Source of the DNA: the human T2T-CHM13v2.0 reference genome, Homo sapiens
Assembly (NCBI RefSeq): GCF_009914755.1
Contig: NC_060925.1
Length of the DNA: 64,000 nt
Strand: one strand, 5' to 3'
The translations under genes and the position numbers were made by a program. The notes beneath the pieces are model-generated. The model was not told where the DNA came from, searched no databases, and was given only the letters and a program-made list of their open reading frames with translations. This document shows, in pieces, positions 54,388-64,000 of the stretch (position 1 is the first letter of the stretch; each line of letters opens with the position of its first letter).

Positions 54388-54514
54388 CTTTAAGTTTAAC
54401 ATCCTCGTAATAATTTCATTCAATTCATCAGAGTAACGGTATGGAATTCGCCTGAATTTGCCTTCTCTGATTTTCCCAGCGAGTTCTTTCTGGCTAAAAG
54501 CTGTAAATGGAGGC
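54388..54514 (-). CDS. NEK2: NEK2 exon 5 (PPFTAFSQKELAGKIREGKFRRIPYRYSDELNEIITRMLNLK)
   Basis: CCCTAG acceptor, AAG|GTAAAG donor, 127 nt, phase consistent with flanking exons. Confidence 0.97.
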
Positions 54515-54658
54515 CTAGGGTTAAAAAAGAAGAAGAAGACGACGAAGACATTTTCAAATTGTAAAAATGAAAATATACAATAGGAACTAAATCAAAAGCA
54601 CAGCTTAAGCTCCAGTTTGTATTTAAGTTTCTACTTCTGGGATTTTCTTCTTATAAGT

Positions 54659-54878
54659 AAGTTTCCCAACCTTGGCACTATTGACATTTGAGGTCATATA
54701 ATTCTTTGTTGTGGGGGGCTGTCCTGTGCATTATAGGTATTTTGTAGCCTCCCTGCCCTCTACCCTCTAGATGCCAGAAGCACTCCCCAGCTGTGATAAC
54801 TAAAAATTTATCCAAACATCATCAAATGCCCCATAAGAGGCAAATTTGCTTCCCTTATCCCTAGTTGAGAATCACTGC
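54659..54878. mobile_element. MER20 in NEK2 intron 4
   Basis: ggcactattgacattt...gctgtcctgtgcatt...gttgagaatcactg. Confidence 0.8.
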
Positions 54879-55329
54879 TCTACAGAATAGTTTCAAAGGG
54901 AAAGAAAATGAAAAGAAGAACAAAGGAAAAGAAAAGAAGAACAAAGGAAAAGAATTGGAGCTCTTCCCTGCTCTACAGATCCCCAGACCTCTACCCGAGT
55001 CTTGTTTCATTTCTTCCACATCCTTACAGTAGCTTTACCTTACCTGCCTGACCTATGTGCTCTCCCTTGAGCTAAGTGTCAATCTAATAAGAAAGCACCT
55101 AACCAGCCAAGACCCTTGAACAGTCAAGACCCAGCCTCATGGCTTATAGTTTTAATTTGTGAATAGTTTCTTTTAGCCTGTTCATCTATCTACCTTAATT
55201 TTACCCAGGGTACAATTCTTTCAGACTTGAATATACTTTCGTTAGCACAGAGGCTCAAAAAACTGAACCCAGTGAAATGTGACAAACAGTACAAACCTTA
55301 GACTAGGAATCTGTCTTCATCATACTTAC

Positions 55330-55412
55330 ATTAATGCACATAACTCATACAGCAAGCAGCCCAATGACCAGATATCTGATTTCTCATTGTAGGACATGCG
55401 ATTCATTTGTTC
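55330..55412 (-). CDS. NEK2: NEK2 exon 4 (EQMNRMSYNEKSDIWSLGCLLYELCALM)
   Basis: TATAG acceptor, AAT|GTAAGT donor, 83 nt, subdomain IX DIWSLG. Confidence 0.97.
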
Positions 55413-57254
55413 CTATACAGGGAAAAAGGGTAAGAAAGTGGAAGGTGTTAAGAGTTTATTTTGTTTTGAAACTTAAAAAACACATTAAATTACTCCTGAG
55501 ATAAAAACAGAACCTCAAAGTTTTTAGCTTATACTTTATCTTGAAATTTATAATGGAAAAAAGGCAATGATCTTGTTCCAATACACTCCATCATACATAA
55601 TTCATTCACTCATTTTCCATTCACAAATGAAAGTGCTTAGTATAGACTAGGCACTGACAATACAGAGGTGAATATGAGAGACTTCTACTCTCAAGGCAAA
55701 TTAAGAAACACCATTTTAAAAGAACTAGAGGAAATTTAAGAATAGTCAAAATATGTATCTAGTCCACATTTAAATGGATATAGACATAAATAGCTAATTG
55801 AATTATCCATTTATATTTTGTCTTAGTCCACTCCATAAATCACAGTAGTAACTAATATTATCCTTACCTATTTTATTGTTTGCCTTTCTTCCACATCTAC
55901 AGTAACAACAGCCTACCAGAGCTCCTATTCTCAACAGAGGGAATAGAAGCAATCTCTAGTGGCTGGTTAGTGTTTTAAAGTCCAACTGGTGAGTCTGATG
56001 CCACTTTTTGACAATCAGTGCCTTAGGAAAGCTGAACCACTCTAATTACAAGGGCAGGAGGGAAAAGGAACAAAAGAATAGGTTTCAAATTTCCCAAGAA
56101 CCACTTCTGGATAATTGTCCTTTATGTTAAAAACATTCTATTTGGAATTTGATACAGTGAGAAAATGGTACTGTTCTGGCTATTTTTAGTCAAAACCAAA
56201 ATCATTAATTTACAAAGTTTTATACTATAGTAAGATCTGTTAACATAATTTATAAATATTTGGAAAATCCTAGAAAGGTGAACTACTAAAATACTAACAA
56301 ATATTTCTTCATCTTTATCTGTTCAGATGTTATATACTAACACATTAGTGCTATCACAATTGACTTAAACTTTTTAAAAGCCATCAGACAATATCTAATA
56401 ACAGCCATAAACATTTACCCCAGCAATTTCATTTTATGAGCTACACTCCAAGGAAATAACCAAAAAGGAAGAAAGAATAATTCATACAAAGATATGCAGA
56501 GCAGTACTTCTAAGAATGGTGAAACATGTTGGAAACAAAATATCCAGCAATAGAGGTAATTGGTGAGTGGACTCAGCAAGATATTTCAGGGATAGGCAAC
56601 AAAAAAATAAAATGTACAAAAAGTTAACATTGTAAAAACATGCTATCTGAAGTGAGCAAACTTCCTGAGCTCTGATTCTGCATACACAAGAATCATTTAC
56701 AGAGCCTCTTAAATGCAAAGTCTAAAATAAAAAGTAAAATATTAAAAAAAAAAAAAAACAGAGTTCAAGAACCCACCCAGAGATCGAAATTCACTCGATG
56801 GATTTGGGTTTGGGTTTGGGACCCAGAACTCTGCATTTTAAACAAACACTCCAAGTGAGTCTGATGCAGATAACTAGGACCTACACATTGGGAAACAACT
56901 CTTGAGGGCAAGGACAAAATCCATTTCATTTTTGTAATCCTTGAGTTTAATGCATCATAGTCATTCCATAAAAGCTTGAACTGAATATGCTTTAATTTGC
57001 ATGAATGCTCAAAAAATTGAACCCAGTGAGAGATGACAAACGGCGCAAACCTTAGACTAGGAATCTGTCTTCATCATACTTACATTAATGCACATAACTC
57101 ATGCAGCAAACAAAAACTGATATAGACTTTATTGGTCTGGTGGTCCATGTGGAAAAATATAACAGTATTTTCAATTCTTGGCTACTAGATATTACTAAAC
57201 GAACAGAAAACTCAATTTCCCTGCTTCAGAATGCTTAACATTAAAAGATGTTTT

Positions 57255-57579
<325 letters not shown>

Positions 57580-57610
57580 TTAAAAAGTAGCTAAATTCTG
57601 AAATACTTAC

Positions 57611-57851
57611 AGGAGACATGTAATAAGGTGTGCCAACAAATGTTTTTGCAAAACTCGTGTCGTGGTTTAATATTCTAGCTAGCCCAAAGTCTCCAAGCTT
57701 GACGTTTTGCTTGCCATCCAGGAAAACATTGGCTGGTTTCAGATCCCGATGCAATACGGTATGACCACCATCACTTCGTCTGTGGCATTCCTTCAGGGCC
57801 AGAGTCAACTGAGTCATCACTCGAAGAACAAACTCTTCATCTAAGTATTGC
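57611..57851 (-). CDS. NEK2: NEK2 exon 3 ([19 protein letters not shown])
   Basis: TTTTAG acceptor, CCT|GTAAGT donor, 241 nt, kinase catalytic and activation loops. Confidence 0.98.
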
Positions 57852-57913
57852 CTAAAACCAAAGCAGTTATACAGCATATAACTTCTAAAAAAATCATTGC
57901 CAAGATGGGATGA

Positions 57914-58277
<364 letters not shown>

Positions 58278-58423
58278 TGATTCACCAGGAATTTTCTAAA
58301 GTACTGTGGACCTACCAAACAAATACAAATACACTCTTCCATATTACTGATCCTAAAACAAGATGCTTAAAATAAATGAAACTAGACCAATTTCAGCTTA
58401 CATTTTTAAAAGATTATGCTTAC

Positions 58424-58641
58424 CTTTCCTTGGTTCCCTTTGTAATTACACTAGCCAGATCCCCTCCTTCACAATATTCCATTACAATGTACAGTGTTGT
58501 ATTGGTCCGGTCAATAATCCGATCATAGTAACGAACGATGTTTGGATGTTTCAGTTCACGAAGCAAATTCACTTCAGAAACAAGCATCTGTTTCTCAGCT
58601 TCTGTCATGGAGCCATAGTCAAGTTCTTTCCAAACTAATAT
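58424..58641 (-). CDS. NEK2: NEK2 exon 2 (ILVWKELDY...VMEYCEGGDL...TKER)
   Basis: TTTCAG acceptor, AAG|GTAAGC donor, 218 nt, contains catalytic Lys37 and the hinge. Confidence 0.98.
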
Positions 58642-59511
58642 CTGAAATAAGAATTTCCAAGGTATGAATGAACTCATTATGCTCAAAAACAAAGAATGAA
58701 AGTTCCAAGATTTAACAAATTACCTCCCTTTTAATTATATCCTACAATCAAGGTCATTATCTAATTTAGTTCAATGAACTTAAGGAGCTGTGAGTTTACT
58801 TCCATAATCTTCCTCCAGTTCTAAGCAGTAAATGTATGTTGTGGGGAGACAAACGGGAATGAGGCACATGAGGACTCCCCCAACCCCTACCCTCAGTTGG
58901 TTAGTGGGAAGTTGGCTAAAAGGTACTATAGTCAAAATTGGGGTGAAGGTGGTCAAAGTCCCTGCCCCATTCCACCCCAGTCGTGTTTTCCCAGGATGAG
59001 ACACCTTGGTAAAGATCCCTCCATCAGCAGCCAGGCAGTTTCCTGTCCAATGTTACTTTCTGTAAAAGTTCTACCTATATACATTGGGAAATATGAATCC
59101 AATAATCCTAATAATGGATATTTTGAGGGAGTCTGACTGCAGATACAAAGCTTCGGGTTCTGGTAGTCCTGCCCCTTTCTTGTGCCTGAGAGGGCCACTC
59201 TTAGAGCTCTAAAAACAGCTCAGGAATTAGTTACCTGTCACCAATGGAAGGTCCTTAGCAAGCCAAAGCAGGAGAAAGAGAGAAATGGGGAGAGAAACGG
59301 GAAAAGATGGAAATACATATATCAAAAGAAGCGGTCTCCCATCCTTTAAGCCACCCAGGACAGGCTGTCAGATGCAGACCCAGGAAAGACGGTTTAGTCT
59401 TCCGGGCACCCATTTCCTCAGCCCTGTCGGTTCCCTTCGGTGGCGCAGGGCGCTCGCCCCGAGGCGACGAAACCTAAGCAGGGGCAGGCGCAGGGTAGGT
59501 CCCACGCTCAC

Positions 59512-59607
59512 CTTGCCATCACTCTTCCTCCGGATCTTCTGGCAGCGGCCGTAGGAGCCTGTGCCAATGGTGTACAACACTTCATAGTCCTCAGCCCGGG
59601 AAGGCAT
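59512..59607 (-). CDS. NEK2: NEK2 exon 1 coding part (MPSRAEDYEVLYTIGTGSYGRCQKIRRKSDGK)
   Basis: GCCATG start, Gly-rich loop GTGSYG, donor AAG|GTGAGC, 96 nt. Confidence 0.98.
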
Positions 59608-59778
59608 GGCCGGCCAGTCGCCAGAGTCGCGCTGCCTCACGCAGGTTGCGCCGCCAAGTGCGGAGCTCCAGGGACCAGGAACTCCAGGGACCTGGATGGA
59701 GAAGCCCCCGAGCAGCACTGACCCGCCACCCCTGCCTTGGGCCCCGTTTAACCGTCGCGGGCCCTGATCTCGCAGTCT

Positions 59779-59815
59779 ATTGGCAGGCGGTGGGCCGCTT
59801 CGCCTCTCTCATTGG
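59779..59815 (-). promoter_or_regulatory. Two CCAAT (NF-Y) boxes 32 bp apart
   Basis: ATTGG at 59779-59783 and 59811-59815; this spacing is typical of G2/M promoters. Confidence 0.75.
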
Positions 59816-59857
59816 CTAAGAAGAACACAACAATACCCTAGGCATTTTGGGAAAAGT

Positions 59858-59870
59858 GTCACTAGGCAAC
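59858..59870 (-). promoter_or_regulatory. RFX X-box GTTGCCTAGTGAC
   Basis: Imperfect palindrome matching the X-box consensus. Confidence 0.6.
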
Positions 59871-60197
59871 CGCGTCGGCGTCTGCTTTTAACCTGTGGGA
59901 GAACCCGGCGAGCTAAGCCAAACGGAGGGCGGGAGAGAGGAAGCGGCAGCTGGCGCCTCTCGGCAACTCTAACCCTCTGATAGAGATCGCCAAGGTAACC
60001 GAGATCTAAGGACCTCCCCTCAGGCTTCTTTGCACACCGCTTCCACCAGATGCCTTCTGACCTTTGCACTCTGGCCCCTCACACTACCTACTCTCCCCGG
60101 CACACGCCTTCCTCGCTCAGGTTCCAGTACCCTGAACCTGGGTGGGGTCACGTTGAGGATATGCTGAGAGCTGAATACAAATTAGAAATACAGACTC

Positions 60198-60642
60198 CCG
60201 GGTGGGCGCGGTGACTCACGCTCGCCCGTAACCCTAGCACTTTGGGAAGCCGAGGTGGGTGGGTCGCTTGAGCCCAGGAGTTCAGACCAGCCTGGGCAAC
60301 AGGGCAAACCTCGTCTCTACTGAAAATACGAAAATTAGGCCGGGCGCTGTGGCTCACGCCTATAATCCTAGCACTTTGGGAGGCCGAGGCGGGCGGATTG
60401 CTCGAGGCCAAGAGTTCAAGACCAGCCTGGCCAACATGGCGAAACCCCGTCTCTACTAAAAATGAAAAAAAAAAAAAAAAGTAACAGAGCATGGGGTTGC
60501 AGGCCTGTAATCCCAGCTTCTTGGGAGGCTGAGGCATGAGGAATTGCTTGAACCTGGGAGGCAGAGGTTACAGTGAGCCGTGCGCCACTGCACTCCAGCC
60601 TGGGCGACAGAGTGACACCCAGTCTCCAAAAAAAAAAAAAAA
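60198..60642 (+). mobile_element. Alu left monomer followed by a full Alu
   Basis: Three arms in tandem. Confidence 0.88.
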
Positions 60643-61210
60643 AGGAGAAATACTGTCGCTCTCCTACCAAGTACTTTACACGTCTTGTCCCGTTTATGTG
60701 TGCCAAATACACAATTAACCCTATCGACAATACTTCATTGAACACAGATTCTCTTTTACGCACCCACACACCAACGTTCTCAGCTTACCCAGCCAAATGA
60801 ACAGCCCCATGTTTACCAGGGAAGGAGGACTTAGAGGCCTCCATCCAGGGCTTGTTAGAGGAATATGTAAATTACCAGAAAGCTAATAATTTGGAAATGC
60901 ATGAACAGGCCAGTTTTCTTTAAATATCTGTTCAGCAAAGGATTAAAAGACACCTGATTTTCTATTAATAAGAATTTAAAAGCTCTTTATGTAAAAATAA
61001 GGGACTTATTACATGCCCTGAATATAACATAAGATAATTGGAATTGCCAACCAGGAGAATTTTTAAATTAACATTCAAGGGCACTGTCTTACCTCAGGGG
61101 AATAGGACCAATTTAGGTTTCAAAAGTTATGTAAGGCACTGCAAGTGGCTGTGTTAATTAGCATCATTTTTTTATTTTTGTGCCTCTTACAGATTGGTAT
61201 CCATAGAGCT

Positions 61211-61583
61211 TGCTGTGGTTTGAATGTATCCCCCAAAGTTCATGTGTTGGAAACTTTATTCTTAATGCAAAAGTGTTAAGAGGTGAGACCTTTAAATTGA
61301 TTGGGTTATGAGGGCTACCCCTCACGAATGGATTAACGTAATCACAGGAGTGGGTTATCTTGAGAGTCGGTTGGTTATAAAAATGAGTTTGGCTTTCCCT
61401 TGCTGTTTCTCTTACCATGTGATGCCTTCTGCTATTTTATGACCCAGAGAAAAGGCTGCTGCCAGATGCTACCCCTTGATCTTGGACTTCCTAGCTTCCA
61501 GAACCGTGAGCCAAATAAACTATTGTTTATAAATTGTCCAGTCTGTGGCATCCTATTATAGCAACATGAAACTGTATAAGACA
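61211..61583 (+). mobile_element. MST-type MaLR solo LTR
   Basis: TG...CA ends, tgtggtttgaatgt...ggacttcctagcttccagaaccgtgag..aataaa, 5-bp TSD gagct/gagcc. Confidence 0.85.
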
Positions 61584-61590
61584 GAGCCCT

Positions 61591-61900
<310 letters not shown>

Positions 61901-62535
61901 TTATCCTGCCCCAAATCCAGTCCTGCACCTTCTCTCTGGCCACTTCTGCTTTTGCTCTAAACGCACACTTTCTCAGTTCCTCACCACCACCACCATCTTT
62001 GCACCTGTGATTGCATTTGTCCAGAATACTGTCCAACCCACTCCCTTATCCACTCCAGTCATGTCTGCCCAGAGGACATAACGTGTCCTTCAAGATTCAA
62101 TTCCAACTTTTTCTCCTGTAATCTGAGAAGCCTCTCTGGCGTACTTGGACAGTCAATCCTCCATCTACAGTGTTCATAGACCACTTTATACATAAATCAA
62201 AACTTATCATTATTTGTTTACATGGCTCTCACAGTAGCTGAACTCCGAACTGCTTATAGCCAGCATAAGTCCTGTAATAGAGAAGGCATGCAATAAAGCT
62301 TCGTTAAATAAAAATCTGCGAAAGCCCCTTATTAATAATTATGCAAGGATTTTGAGTGGGCCCTCAAGTACTCAATTGCCAAATGCCCCAGCTCTAGGCA
62401 GAGACTAAATATCTGGAAAGGAGCCATCCCAAGAGTATGGAATGTGGCTCCTACGCACATATGCTCATTTAACAAGTATTTATTGAGCACTTGCTATGGC
62501 CCAGGTATGATAGGTATTGACATGCTGGCTTTTCA

Positions 62536-63298
<763 letters not shown>

Positions 63299-64000
63299 TT
63301 AGCCCGCATCATGAGTGAGGGCAGGACAGCCCAGCAGAGACCACTAGACACCAGAATAGAAAGAGACACTGGGAGATGAGAAGCATGTGGGAGTCAAACA
63401 GGGACAGGTTACAGGGAACATCCTTTCCCCTATAACTTCTTTCCTTTTTCCTTCATATTCCATCCATTCTTTAAGTCTCAGCTCATGCCCAATTTCTTCT
63501 CTGAAATTTTTCCTGATTGACTTCAACCCACTATGATCTATCTTCTAATTACTCTTAAGAGTAATCAACTGTGTTTTTACTCATTTAGAATTATACTAGG
63601 CCATATTACTAGCTTCTCATGTGCATGTATCTTCTCTGCCTTATTAAATGGAAAATTCATCCTCCAACAAGTATAAATAGAGGCTGAGTCAGGTGCCAGA
63701 TGCTGAGGATACCACAGTGAATAGGACAGACATATAGTCCTGTAGGTGGAAGAGATGGATGTAACCTAAGTACACAGAGAAACTCCACTGTGACAAATTG
63801 TGGCAAGAATTAAGAAGAAAACAAACGAAGAACTGAGATGATTCCATTTAAACAGAGAAAGAAGATGAGCAACTCTATAAGAGTGGGGCCAACCCTTGAA
63901 CTTCTCGATAACCACTCTCCCCACACCCATGGTCTAATTCACTGTCTTCACACTTTTCTTGCTAACTGTGCTCATGTTGTCAGTTTTCATTTAAATTTGG

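Larger units (their letters stand above)
59380..60010. promoter_or_regulatory. NEK2: CpG-island promoter of NEK2, TSS near 59750, probably bidirectional
   Basis: High CpG density around exon 1; no TATA box. Confidence 0.9.

Noticed and set aside
54910-54951. 21-bp tandem duplication
   Set aside because: Simple A/G-rich slippage in mid-intron

Overview
Human (primate) genomic DNA, recognisable as the NEK2 locus (1q32.3). The only intact protein-coding gene is NEK2 on the minus strand. It has 8 GT-AG exons and a 1338-nt CDS (445 aa, NEK2A), with visible NEK2B (intron-7 read-through) and NEK2C (alternative exon-8 acceptor) options and a CpG-island promoter carrying NF-Y and RFX-type boxes. Just downstream is a nested mobile-element stack: a MER20 split by a ~4.3-kb Ricksha-type MULE transposon. 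That transposon has terminal repeats, a 9-bp TSD, decayed DDE transposase motifs and a captured ERVL PPT+LTR piece, and it hosts a full-length FDPS processed pseudogene and two Alus. The first ~42 kb is repeat-rich intergenic DNA (Alu, L1, L2/MIR, hAT elements, LTRs) with some candidate lncRNA exons. I found no convincing wholly new biological system. The best leads are an in-frame cryptic acceptor that could fuse NEK2 to the FDPS retrocopy, a duplicated exon-4 donor in NEK2 intron 3, inverted Alus hugging exon 3, and the Ricksha/ERVL chimera. Repeat family names come from recalled consensus sequences and repeat boundaries are approximate.
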